Positions 44,170 to 54,286 of a stretch of DNA of 64,000 nt are shown here, piece after piece. The stretch spans positions 162,961-226,960 of the forward strand of contig JAVZOV010000002.1 of NCBI GenBank assembly GCA_038881895.1, given 5' to 3'. Every line of letters starts with the position of its first letter. Within the stretch, counting starts at the first letter, position 1. The notes under the pieces were generated by a model, which was not told where the DNA came from, made no database searches, and saw only the letters and a program-made list of their open reading frames with translations. This DNA is from Thermoprotei archaeon. Its GTDB lineage: Archaea; Thermoproteota; Thermoprotei; Gearchaeales; WAQG01. A program made the position numbers and the translations under genes.

Positions 44170-44569
44170 GATAGAATCACTCATAACCAAAGTAAGTGAG
44201 TTGTCATTAAGACTACAAGATATAAGCAAAAGTTTTGATAATATTAATCTTAATGAAAGGATGTTATTTTCGCGACGGAAAGCGTTCATAATAATCGTTG
44301 ATAGAATTAAGGAGAGGGTTCTGAAAGAAATAGATGAAGTCCATATAAAAGGTGGAAGACCTTGGGTTGAAATATGGAAAATAACTACATATATATTCAT
44401 ACATGGGACCGATTACCCACTCAGTGAAAGCATAATAATAACCCCAGAAGAATTCTTAACTAAGATTGATCAATTAAAGAATTCGATACTTAATGGTGAA
44501 CAGGATAAAAATCTATATTATACACCTGAACAATTAATCTATGAGTATTTTTCTTCTCAAAAATCGTAA
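44159..44569 (+). CDS. hypothetical protein, translationally coupled to the coiled-coil protein
   Basis: 136-aa ORF overlapping the upstream stop by 11 nt; no recognisable motif. Confidence 0.3.
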   Translation: MDNRIESLITKVSELSLRLQDISKSFDNINLNERMLFSRRKAFIIIVDRIKERVLKEIDEVHIKGGRPWVEIWKITTYIFIHGTDYPLSESIIITPEEFLTKIDQLKNSILNGEQDKNLYYTPEQLIYEYFSSQKS

Positions 44570-44696
44570 TAGTCATTTCTTGAAAATTCTTTATGGTTTT
44601 ATTTTTTCATAATTCGCGCATAGTAAATATTTTTAGGCACATCATTGATATCTCTTTACTCTGAAATTGTAAATACTTAACTCTTAGTAAGAGTGG

Positions 44697-45860
44697 TTAT
44701 TTTTTATACCATTGTGCCCATATATTTTTAGTGTTTAGGAAACATTGCGGGTCATCACCGTTAATGTCCCCTGTTAAATAATACGCACGTATTCTGTCTC
44801 CACCATTACAGATGTTTCTAAATGGGCAGGAAGAACATTTTGAACCTGTTAAATCTGGTTCTATGAATGGTTTGAGTAGATAAGAACTTTCTTTTAATAT
44901 ATCTTTGAGTGTTTTATGTTTAACATTTCCTAATGTTATAAAATCTACGAATTGGCATGGATGAACAGAACCATCTGGAAATATTGATATGATTTTTCGT
45001 CCACAACCTCCTTGGGCTCGTACAACTTCTAATAATTCCTTAAAATCTTTTTGGTCTTTAGCTATCTTATGAGCAACATAGATTCCATCAAAAGGTGCCA
45101 TGGTAGTTTCAATCTCAAGTTTGCCTGCATATTTTCTAGAAATATTTATTAAATAATCCATGAAATCAAAGTATTGCGAAGGAGTAATATACCAGTCTTT
45201 CAATGACTTTGCTCTTCCTGCAGATGAAAGATGATAAAATGTAACCCGAGGCACTCCTAATCGCAAAGCAAGATCAATGTAAGATTTCACATCATTAATA
45301 TTAAATCTAGTTACCGTTAATCTTAATCCTACTGAAAGACCAGCATGTATAGCATTTTTTATGCCATTGATTGTTGATTGATATCCCCCTTTTACGCCTC
45401 TAAATTGATCGTGCCATTCTTCTATTGGACTATCTAAGCTTATACCTATATAAATAAATCCTAGATCGCGCAATCTAGAGGCAATTTCAGGTGTTATCAA
45501 GGTACCATTAGTACTCAATACTAACCGTAAACCGAGCGACGAAGCATATTCAGATATATCAAAAAAGTCTTTCCTAATGAGAGGTTCCCCTCCGCTCATT
45601 ATTATTAATGGCACACCCAGTTCTTTCATCTGATCAACAGTATTTAGTGCCTCTTCTCGTGTAAGATCATCAACTAACGGTCCTGTAATTGCATTAATAT
45701 AACAATGCAAGCATTTCAAGTTACATCGTCTTGTAATGTTCCATGAGATAACTGGTTTATAAATGTCGCTAAAAGTGCTTGGTCTTCCTTTTCCATAATT
45801 TCCTTTTATTTTAAATGATGTAGTTCCTCGTTCAGTAACCATTACAGTTATAGGGATCAA
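44697..45860 (-). CDS. radical SAM / SPASM-domain enzyme (NirJ/AhbC/AhbD-like)
   Basis: CNLKCLHC (CxxxCxxC) cluster-binding motif, Gly-rich SAM motif (IIMSGGEP), C-terminal SPASM Cys cluster (CSSCPFRNICNGGDRIRAY). Confidence 0.7.
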   Translation of the reverse strand: MIPITVMVTERGTTSFKIKGNYGKGRPSTFSDIYKPVISWNITRRCNLKCLHCYINAITGPLVDDLTREEALNTVDQMKELGVPLIIMSGGEPLIRKDFFDISEYASSLGLRLVLSTNGTLITPEIASRLRDLGFIYIGISLDSPIEEWHDQFRGVKGGYQSTINGIKNAIHAGLSVGLRLTVTRFNINDVKSYIDLALRLGVPRVTFYHLSSAGRAKSLKDWYITPSQYFDFMDYLINISRKYAGKLEIETTMAPFDGIYVAHKIAKDQKDFKELLEVVRAQGGCGRKIISIFPDGSVHPCQFVDFITLGNVKHKTLKDILKESSYLLKPFIEPDLTGSKCSSCPFRNICNGGDRIRAYYLTGDINGDDPQCFLNTKNIWAQWYKK

Positions 45861-45964
45861 TTTAACTCTCTATTTTAATAGACATTTTCATAATTAAACA
45901 TTTTAGAACTCTCAGTAATAACTCTAGGTTGCATTAATTTTTTATTGATTAACATTGTTCATTT

Positions 45965-47146
45965 TTGGTGTTGAATTTGCTGAACGACAGCAAGAGAACA
46001 ATAACCATGCACGAAAACAGTAAGAGCTACCAAGTTCCAGTAAAGAGAATTAATTATGATGAACGACCCATACTTGTTTTTTGGGAGTCTACAAAGGCTT
46101 GTTTACTTGCATGTAAACATTGCAGAGCCGAAGCTATTAAGAGCGCTTTACCTGGTGAATTAACAACTGAGGAAGGATATAAGTTTATAGAAAGCCTGAC
46201 CCAATTTGGAAAACCATATCCAGTCTTAATAATAACTGGTGGTGATCCTTTAATGAGAATTGATATATATGATTTAATGGAATATGCAAGCTCACTTAAC
46301 ATACCTGTAAGTCTTGCACCAAGTGTTACACCAAAATTAACTCGCGAATCAATTAGAAAGATTAAAGAAATGGGTGTGAAGACAATTTCTATAAGTCTTG
46401 ATGGAGCCACACCAAAAACACATGAGTCAATTAGAGGAATTCAAGGTCATTTTAATATAACAATAGATACAATTCGCACGATAGTATCAGAAGGTGTAAC
46501 AGTCCAGATTAACACTGCAGTAATGAAAGAGAATGTGCTAGAATTGCCCTATATAGCTTCTATAGTAAAGAACTTAGGTGCCTCTATATGGGAAGTATTC
46601 TTTTTAATAAAAGTCGGAAGAGGAATCAATGTCGAAGAAATAACACCTATAGAATATGAAGATGTCATGCATTTCCTTTACGATGCATCCATGTATGGTT
46701 TTACAATCAGAACAGTTGAAGCACCATTTTTCAGAAGAGTTGTTACATGGCGTAAAAATAACATTCCTCAAACAAAATATGCTCCAAGCAAACTATACTA
46801 TCAACTTTCCAACAAATTAAAAGAATTATTAGGAACACCTACATCAGAAGTGAAAGTCCACACCGTTGGAACACGTGATGGGAAAGGAATAATATTTGTT
46901 GCATATAACGGTGATGTTTACCCAAGCGGATTTCTTCCATTGCCATTAGGCAACATACGTACAAAAAGTATCGTGGATATTTATAGAAATAATCAAATAC
47001 TCAAAGACATCAGAGCAGCTAATTTTAAAGGACGCTGTGGTGTTTGTGAATTCAAAGATATATGCGGGGGTTCTAGAGCTCGCGCATACGCAACATATAA
47101 AGACCCATTAGACGAGGATCCTGCATGCATATACGTTCCTGAATAA
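45965..47146 (+). CDS. radical SAM / SPASM-domain enzyme (NirJ/AhbC/AhbD-like), paralogue of the divergent neighbour
   Basis: CLLACKHC motif, IITGGDP, C-terminal SPASM cluster (CGVCEFKDICGGSRARAY). Confidence 0.7.
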   Translation: MVLNLLNDSKRTITMHENSKSYQVPVKRINYDERPILVFWESTKACLLACKHCRAEAIKSALPGELTTEEGYKFIESLTQFGKPYPVLIITGGDPLMRIDIYDLMEYASSLNIPVSLAPSVTPKLTRESIRKIKEMGVKTISISLDGATPKTHESIRGIQGHFNITIDTIRTIVSEGVTVQINTAVMKENVLELPYIASIVKNLGASIWEVFFLIKVGRGINVEEITPIEYEDVMHFLYDASMYGFTIRTVEAPFFRRVVTWRKNNIPQTKYAPSKLYYQLSNKLKELLGTPTSEVKVHTVGTRDGKGIIFVAYNGDVYPSGFLPLPLGNIRTKSIVDIYRNNQILKDIRAANFKGRCGVCEFKDICGGSRARAYATYKDPLDEDPACIYVPE

Positions 47147-47313
47147 CACAAAAGGTTCGGACTGACGAAGAATATTATTTTAGTTATCTTTATTATGAAA
47201 CAATTTTAAAATTAGTTTAACGCGCTAAGATGAATTCAAGAGCTAGTAGCGCAGTTTTTGCTTCTGAAAAGTGAGGTAAGATAGATTTAGATTTAAGTTA
47301 TTTTTATAGATAC

Positions 47314-48666
47314 TTGGTGTTAGCCTTGGATAGAACTAGTGAGGAAGAGGAAGATTTTGAGTGGTATCTTGATTTTGTGAAGAAAGAATACAAACCTAGG
47401 AATGATGAAATTATTGCAGTATTCAGAATCACACCATCGGAAGGAATAAGTATAGAGGATGCTGTTGGTCGTGTTGCGTCGGAATCTAGTGTTGGAACGT
47501 GGACTACACTTTATTCACTACCTTCTAGGATTCGTGAGTTGATGGCTAAAGGTTATGAGATTATTAGTTTAGATGATGGAAGTTATTTAGTTAAGGTTGC
47601 TTATCCTTTAGATTTATTCGAAGAACGTAATGTTCCTCAACTTATTAGCTCTATTGCTGGAAATATTTTTGGTATGAAAGCTATAAAGGGATTAAGGTTA
47701 GAAGATATTTATCTTCCAGAAGCTTATATAAAATATTTTGATGGGCCTATAAAAGGTGTTAATGGTGTTAGAGATTCTCTAAAAATATATGATAGGCCAT
47801 TACTTGCTACAGTCCCTAAGCCTAAGGTAGGAATGGATACTAGTGAGTACGCTAGTACTGCGTATGAAATACTTTCTGGAGGTATAGATTTGTTAAAGGA
47901 TGATGAGAATTTGTCGAATCAGAAGTTTATTAGATTTTCCGATAGATTAAATGCTGTGATGAAAGTTATTGATAGTGTTGAAAAAGAAAGTGGTGAAAGA
48001 AAAGGATATCTGATTAATGTTACTGCCGAAATGAATGAGATGAGCAAAAGAATTAAGCTTGTTGCAGATTATGGTAATGAATTCATCATGATAGATTTTG
48101 TGATTATAGGATGGGCAGCTGTTCAGGCTGTTAAAGAATTAGCAGAGGAGTACAATCTTGCGATACATGCGCACAGAGCTTTTCATGCTGCGTTCACACG
48201 TAATCCATTTCATGGTTTATCTATGTTTGTTTTAGCTAAACTTGCTAGGCTAATCGGTGTAGATCATATACATGTTGGTACACCAGGTGTAGGGAAACTT
48301 GAGGCGAAAACTACTGATGTAATGAATGTTTGCAACTTGCTCAGAGAACATACGTACAAACCATTGAATAACGACATATTTCATTTAGAACAACCATGGT
48401 ACGGGTTAAGATCAGTATTTCCAACTTCATCAGGCGGGCTTCATCCAGGTACGCTTCCTATAGTTTTAGAAAATCTTGGTAAAGATATAATAATACAAGT
48501 TGGGGGTGGAGTTATGGGTCATCCTGATGGCCCGCGATCAGGAGGAAGGGCTGTGAGAGAAGCAATAGAAGCCGCAATTAAAGGAATACCTATTGAGGAA
48601 TATGCAAAAGATCATAAAGAACTTCAGCGAGCATTAAATAAGTGGGGCTTTGTTAAACCTATCTAA
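47314..48666 (+). CDS. rbcL: ribulose-1,5-bisphosphate carboxylase/oxygenase large subunit, form III (bona fide RuBisCO, not an RLP)
   Basis: All catalytic motifs present: PKPKVG, GGIDLLKDDEN (carbamylated Lys plus Mg ligands), HAHRAFHA, HIHVGT..GK, SSGG, GGG. Confidence 0.85.
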   Translation: MVLALDRTSEEEEDFEWYLDFVKKEYKPRNDEIIAVFRITPSEGISIEDAVGRVASESSVGTWTTLYSLPSRIRELMAKGYEIISLDDGSYLVKVAYPLDLFEERNVPQLISSIAGNIFGMKAIKGLRLEDIYLPEAYIKYFDGPIKGVNGVRDSLKIYDRPLLATVPKPKVGMDTSEYASTAYEILSGGIDLLKDDENLSNQKFIRFSDRLNAVMKVIDSVEKESGERKGYLINVTAEMNEMSKRIKLVADYGNEFIMIDFVIIGWAAVQAVKELAEEYNLAIHAHRAFHAAFTRNPFHGLSMFVLAKLARLIGVDHIHVGTPGVGKLEAKTTDVMNVCNLLREHTYKPLNNDIFHLEQPWYGLRSVFPTSSGGLHPGTLPIVLENLGKDIIIQVGGGVMGHPDGPRSGGRAVREAIEAAIKGIPIEEYAKDHKELQRALNKWGFVKPI

Positions 48667-48781
48667 CTATATTGTGAGCAACTGCTTGCAGCAAAAGAAG
48701 GCACAGAGTCCTAGAGATAGATATAAGGTTCTATTAGAAGAAGATGTCTAGAATGGTTAAATTGTAAAAGGGAATTTTCTT

Positions 48782-50002
48782 TCAAGATGAGGAGGCCAGA
48801 TATTTTAATGCTACTGTTAGCAATGACATTATAACAAAGATAATCATAGCTATTCTAAAGATTGCAGATGGTCCTCCTAAATCGAATGCGAATCCTGCTA
48901 TTAGGTTTCCTGATGCTACACCAATACTAAGCATTGTGCTATATAACCCCATGGCTGAACCTCTACGATCGATATGTGCTTTATCACCTGTATATGCTAA
49001 AATTGATGGGACTATAGCTGTCATCATAAATATAGAGATACCTGCTATTATCGCGAACGATATGTCTCTTCTGATAATTTCTATAATATTAATCAAAAGA
49101 TTTTCGCTAATTCTTTTCTGTTTTTCAATTAAATATATTAACGATCCTAAAACACCTATTATACCAATTGTACCTATTAATATTGTTTTCTCTCTACCAA
49201 TTCTATCAGAAAGCATTCCAAAAAATACAGAACCAATTCCGAGCATTATTGCACCGATAAAGAGTAGTATGCCTGTTTCACTAGGTCTTATCCCAAATGT
49301 TGCCAATGCTTTTGGTGAGAAAAACACTATTCCAAGTAAAAACGTTACTGCAAACCATAACGGTAACATTGATTTGGCATTTTTATCTAATGCAGTGAAA
49401 GGGTTTGCGTGAAAATGTTCACTAAATTTGTGATGTGGCTCCTTTAGAAATAATGATAGCATGGTTGTTGCAAAAAAGAGTGTTCCAGCTACAAGAAAAA
49501 CATAATGTAATTTATGATAAAAAATACTAATTAACCATGACGATAATAAGATTCCTAACGCGTAACCTATAATGTTAAAGAAATCGAATGCTCCCATACC
49601 TGTTCCTCTATTTTCTATTACAGTTAAGTCAGTTAGCATGGTTAATGTTGAAACAGTAACAGCAGAAGCAGAAATTCCCATCAATGCATGCATGAATGAA
49701 ATAATGTAAATGTTTGTAGTAATGCTTATTAATGACATGAAAATGCCTGATGATAATAAACCAATTAAGAATACGTTTTTTCTTCCCTTCCTATCTGAAT
49801 AACTACCGATAAATGTTGCCGATATAGCCTCAAAAATAGGATATAATGCTAAAGATGTTCCAACAACCTTTCCAGATGCATAATGAATATAAGCGGGAAA
49901 AGTAATAATTAACAATCCGTAACCTATTCTAGTTATTAAGACTGCAATATAAAGCATAATAACGTTTTCAGTTTCAGTTATTTGTACATTTCCTTTTAAC
50001 AT
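48782..50002 (-). CDS. MFS transporter
   Basis: 12 TM helices, MFS motif (GSYSDRKGRK) in the loop 2-3 position. Confidence 0.75.
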   Translation of the reverse strand: MLKGNVQITETENVIMLYIAVLITRIGYGLLIITFPAYIHYASGKVVGTSLALYPIFEAISATFIGSYSDRKGRKNVFLIGLLSSGIFMSLISITTNIYIISFMHALMGISASAVTVSTLTMLTDLTVIENRGTGMGAFDFFNIIGYALGILLSSWLISIFYHKLHYVFLVAGTLFFATTMLSLFLKEPHHKFSEHFHANPFTALDKNAKSMLPLWFAVTFLLGIVFFSPKALATFGIRPSETGILLFIGAIMLGIGSVFFGMLSDRIGREKTILIGTIGIIGVLGSLIYLIEKQKRISENLLINIIEIIRRDISFAIIAGISIFMMTAIVPSILAYTGDKAHIDRRGSAMGLYSTMLSIGVASGNLIAGFAFDLGGPSAIFRIAMIIFVIMSLLTVALKYLASSS

Positions 50003-50188
50003 CTTTTTAACACAACAATTTCATAATAGTCTTCCTAATATTGTTTTGTTTTATATTATATTTCTGTTTATTCCATTCATTTAAAAACTATATATAAGAA
50101 AATTTCAGAAGAACCTAACATCGATTTGATAATCACAAATACTTTAAACTTTGTATACTAGTTTTTTAATGGATAAATTTTGATTGTT

Positions 50189-50629
50189 TTATGATTCCTT
50201 TTTGGAAAGTAATTTCAAACCTGTAGCATTATCATGTATTCTTATAAGTTCCTCACCGCTGATTTCAATAAGGAAAAGCTCTCCTGCAAATACTTTGCTT
50301 CCTGGTAAAACATGACCTCCTACTATGATACTGTTTCTATCGCCGGCATTCACATGACAATGAATAAACACATCATTTTCATCAATACTTATATTGCCTA
50401 TAATACTTGTCATTTCTAATTCCTCTGTAAAAATGTTTTCTTCATACTTTTTCTTCTTTTGATCATAAAATGCAATACGAAGTTCTTCAAATGCTCCTAT
50501 TCCAAAGAAAAATCCTGCTTTAATGTTCAGTTTACGTGCAATTTCTTTAATTTGCTCAATTATGTCCTCACCTTTGTTTAATTTTATAATATGACTCTTT
50601 ATATTACTAGATGAAAGGATTACAGACAT
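50189..50629 (-). CDS. PPC/DUF296 domain protein (AT-hook-like putative DNA-binding)
   Basis: Size and pattern (..GAFEEL...G.ISI...D...H.HV...GGHVL.G.V..) match DUF296. Confidence 0.45.
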   Translation of the reverse strand: MSVILSSSNIKSHIIKLNKGEDIIEQIKEIARKLNIKAGFFFGIGAFEELRIAFYDQKKKKYEENIFTEELEMTSIIGNISIDENDVFIHCHVNAGDRNSIIVGGHVLPGSKVFAGELFLIEISGEELIRIHDNATGLKLLSKKES

Positions 50630-50693
50630 AGTGCATCAGATAAAAATAGGTTTACATTAAAATATCTTTATCTGATTTTTCATTAGATCTAAT

Positions 50694-51914
50694 TTAAATT
50701 ACTCCCCTTATTTTCATTAATTTTTCATCCTGATTCCAGACCCATTCTTCAGACTTCTGATCAAATTTGTCGTAAGGTAACCCTTTATGTTTTATTGTTT
50801 CTGTATTTAATACTAAGAGTCTGTATGTTAACAGCGACCCTGTTTCTCTTAACTTATCAAGTGCTTGTGCTAATGAGAAAAGTTCAACGACCGGAAAGTA
50901 AAATTGCGCAATCATGGTATTTGCATTAAGAACTTTAACTATGCTTTTGGTGAATGGAGATGCCATTTTTAGTGTATTAACTAATTTTGCTAGAGCTGTT
51001 GTATCTTTAGGTTGTGCAATAAGTATTGTATGAACAGTAGCTATCTTACCCCTTAACATGCTTGGGTACAATTCAAGATGAACTTTAAGGTTGGTTATCA
51101 CCTTTTTCTTTTCTATATGATGTATATAATGATAATAAATCCCTTGAAAGCTCAGTCCTTTCATTTCTCTGTGAATATCTCCTAAACTTACAAATGCATC
51201 AACCTCAAACTTTTTTAACATTGCTGTATCAACATCATCAAGCCATATTCTAATAAACCCACCTCCTCGTAAAATATCATCCAGTTCTCCAGAAACGCTA
51301 TCAAATTTACTAAATAGATCGCTCCAATTTAATTCCCACGACTTAGTGAGTTTGTTATAGTTCTCAAAAGATATTGGAACAACAAGCTCTGGTGTTGTAG
51401 GAAATGCTTCATACTTGCTTAAAAGACCTTGCCTTATGGCCTCATCAAATATTTCAGTAAGAAAATTCTCATGACCTATAGGAACCATTACCTGTGCGTA
51501 TATTTGAGGTCCGTCACTCCAACCCTTGCTCACGTATGTGCAATAATCCTCAAGCGCACTAAGTACTTTTTGTGATCCACCGATCTTATTCTCCGTTAAT
51601 ATTACAGAAAACGGTCTTAATCCAAGTGGATATGGATTTATGTATGCAGAAATTTTTATGAACTTGCTCTCTGTTAGCTTGTTAATTACATTATGAGCTG
51701 AGGCTATGGGAATAGACGTGTGCTTTGCAATCTCAGATATGTTCGTAGTATTCGCCTTCGAAATATGCTCAACAATTTTCATTGCTCTATCATCCAATAA
51801 GCCTATTATTCTTGCAGTCTCTAACACCCACTCAAATACCCAATCTTGGCCAAAAACTTCTGTAGTTGTCTTATTTTTCTCTGCGCTCATTCCAAACATC
51901 ACTCCTTTTAACAT
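50694..51914 (-). CDS. Lrp/AsnC-like transcriptional regulator with extended or duplicated C-terminal region
   Basis: N-terminal HTH plus start of a RAM-like domain (IVEHISKANTTNISEIAKHTSIPIASAHNVINKLTESKFIKISAYINPYPLGL); 406 aa, far longer than canonical Lrp. Confidence 0.35.
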   Translation of the reverse strand: MLKGVMFGMSAEKNKTTTEVFGQDWVFEWVLETARIIGLLDDRAMKIVEHISKANTTNISEIAKHTSIPIASAHNVINKLTESKFIKISAYINPYPLGLRPFSVILTENKIGGSQKVLSALEDYCTYVSKGWSDGPQIYAQVMVPIGHENFLTEIFDEAIRQGLLSKYEAFPTTPELVVPISFENYNKLTKSWELNWSDLFSKFDSVSGELDDILRGGGFIRIWLDDVDTAMLKKFEVDAFVSLGDIHREMKGLSFQGIYYHYIHHIEKKKVITNLKVHLELYPSMLRGKIATVHTILIAQPKDTTALAKLVNTLKMASPFTKSIVKVLNANTMIAQFYFPVVELFSLAQALDKLRETGSLLTYRLLVLNTETIKHKGLPYDKFDQKSEEWVWNQDEKLMKIRGVI

Positions 51915-52208
51915 TATTAAAATATAGAATCTTATACAAAAAGTTATTGTTCGAAAATTTTACAATACAATAATTTTCAGTATTAAGAATAACAAACATT
52001 CATTATAAAACTTAATATACATATTAATAATTTTTATACTATTGCACAAAAAATATTATCAGATGGTAGAACACAAAGAATGTTTTTCTTGACTTATTTA
52101 GTGCACTAAAGCTAATAAGATCGTGAACAGCAAACTTTTTTAACATTAAGTTTTCAAATAAACCAAATAAACTTATATTAATGTGCTCGTTTATTCTCTT
52201 GATTAATC

Positions 52209-52637
52209 ATGAAGACAATATACTTAATTGCTGGTTTAATAGTGATAGTTGCAGCAGGTGCCTTGGCGTACATATTTATCAGTGGTGGTCTTTTCAGTAG
52301 TGGAGGCGGCGGAACGAGCAGTGCATGTACACCAAACGTTAGCTATGTCTTGGTGGCTTACAATAATCAATACTTCTTCCAAAATGATACTAATTATAAA
52401 CATCCAAATCCAACACTTTATGCAAAGGTTGGAGATTGTGTACAAATAAAGATCATAGATAACGAGAACGTTATTCACAACTATGTCATAAATCAGCTCA
52501 ATGTGCAATCTAGTGATATAACTGCGCAGGGGCAAACAGCAACAGTAACCTTTAAAGTTAACCAACCAGGTACGTACAAATGGATATGCTCCTATCACAC
52601 TGATACTATGAATGGACAATTTGTAGTAAGTCCATGA
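52209..52637 (+). CDS. membrane-anchored type-1 blue copper protein (sulfocyanin/halocyanin-like cupredoxin)
   Basis: N-terminal TM anchor, Gly/Ser linker, Cu ligands H (VIHNYV), C-x2-H-x3-M (CSYHTDTM). Confidence 0.6.
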   Translation: MKTIYLIAGLIVIVAAGALAYIFISGGLFSSGGGGTSSACTPNVSYVLVAYNNQYFFQNDTNYKHPNPTLYAKVGDCVQIKIIDNENVIHNYVINQLNVQSSDITAQGQTATVTFKVNQPGTYKWICSYHTDTMNGQFVVSP

Positions 52638-52825
52638 ATTAATCAGTTCTCTTATTTTTTTATCTATAATATTTTCATAAAATCATGCCTACTATTGACC
52701 TTCATGTGTCATGTGATTTTTAAATATTTTGCTTTTTATGTGTGCGTAAAGTTTAATTGTTTTAAAAACTACTTAAGTGTGGGCTTTGTGTTAGCTGACT
52801 TGACAAGCGAAGGTTTGATTGCTTT

Positions 52826-53351
52826 AATGTATGAGACAAATTCTGTAAAGTTTGGTAAATTTAAACTTTCTTCTGGAAAGGAAAGTAACGTCTATATAGA
52901 TTTAAGAAATGCGTTATCCTATGTTAAGCTACGAGAGATTATTGTAAGGATGATGATGCATGTTGTAAAAACTTTAGATTATGATATTGTTGTAGGGGTG
53001 GCTACTGGTGGGCTACCGTGGGCATCTTTATTAGCTTATGAGGAACGTAAACCATTATCGTATGTTCGTGAGAGTAAAAAAGAACATGGAACTGAACATC
53101 TTATTGAAGGACGCGTTAATAATATGAAATGCTTGATTATTGATGATGTTGCCACTACTGGTAGGAGTCTTTTGAACGCTGTGAGTGTAGTAAGAAATCA
53201 CGGTGGATCTGTTCTTTATGCATTAGTAATTGTTGATAGGAATGAGGGCGCAAAAAAAGTGTTATTGGATGCTAATGTTGAGCTTAAGAGTGTTCTTTCC
53301 TTAGATGATATATTAAGTTTTGGTTTAAAAAGAGGGTTTGTGGTGAAGTAA
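52826..53351 (+). CDS. pyrE: orotate phosphoribosyltransferase
   Basis: PRPP-binding CLIIDDVATTGRS; start placed at the internal ATG (MYETNSVKFGKF...) because the ORF track begins at an upstream TTG with a low-complexity N terminus. Confidence 0.75.
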
Positions 53352-53353
53352 TA

Positions 53354-54286
53354 ATGGGATGTTGGGCAAAGAGAGACGTCGTTTCAATACTGGATTTTAA
53401 TAAAGATGAGCTTGAACGTCTTTTCTCTTTAACTGATAAAATAATAGAAGGAAAATTAGACATAAGGAAGCCTCTGGATGGAAAGATAGTTGCCACTGCA
53501 TTTTTTGAGCCTAGCACAAGGACTAGGCTAAGTTTTGAAACAGCTGCATATAAATTAGGCGCATCTGTTATCACGCTAGAACCATCAGTCTCATCATTAG
53601 CTAAGGGAGAGAGTTTTGCAGATACTATGAGGATGCTTGATAGTTATGCGGATGTAATTATAATGAGGAGCCCGTTAGAGGGTGCAGCAAAGCTAGCAGC
53701 AGAGATCTGTGAACACCCGGTAATAAATGGAGGAGATGGTACACAACATCATCCTACTCAGGCAATGATCGATATATATACTATAAAAAAGATTAAGAGT
53801 GATTTGCATAATTTATCAATAGGTATTTTAGGTGACCTTAAATATGGTCGGGCTGCCACATCATTTATGTACGGGACGAGCATTTTTGGTGTGAAAAGGC
53901 TTTGGTTAATTGCTCCAAAGGAATTAATGCCACGAGATGATGTTCTCTTTACATTGAAGAGGTTTAATGTAGAATTACATTATACTGAGAATATTAATGA
54001 TGTAATAGGCGAGCTTGATGTTCTTTACGTGACCAGAATTCAAAAAGAGCGTTTTCCTGATCCAGCAGAATATGAACGTGTTAAGGGCACTTATCAGATT
54101 AATCTTAAGTTGTTGAGTAAAGCGAAGGATTCTCTTATAGTAATGCATCCATTACCTAGGGTTGATGAAATACCATATGAAGTCGATACAACTAAGTATG
54201 CAGTTTATTTCAAGGAGGCATCTTATGGTGTGCCTCTTAGAATGGCATTGCTCATGCTAATTATGGAGGTTGATAAAAGTGTCTGA
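53354..54286 (+). CDS. pyrB: aspartate carbamoyltransferase catalytic subunit
   Basis: STRTR carbamoyl-phosphate motif (FFEPSTRTRLSFE), HPTQ, HPLP motifs. Confidence 0.9.
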   Translation: MGCWAKRDVVSILDFNKDELERLFSLTDKIIEGKLDIRKPLDGKIVATAFFEPSTRTRLSFETAAYKLGASVITLEPSVSSLAKGESFADTMRMLDSYADVIIMRSPLEGAAKLAAEICEHPVINGGDGTQHHPTQAMIDIYTIKKIKSDLHNLSIGILGDLKYGRAATSFMYGTSIFGVKRLWLIAPKELMPRDDVLFTLKRFNVELHYTENINDVIGELDVLYVTRIQKERFPDPAEYERVKGTYQINLKLLSKAKDSLIVMHPLPRVDEIPYEVDTTKYAVYFKEASYGVPLRMALLMLIMEVDKSV

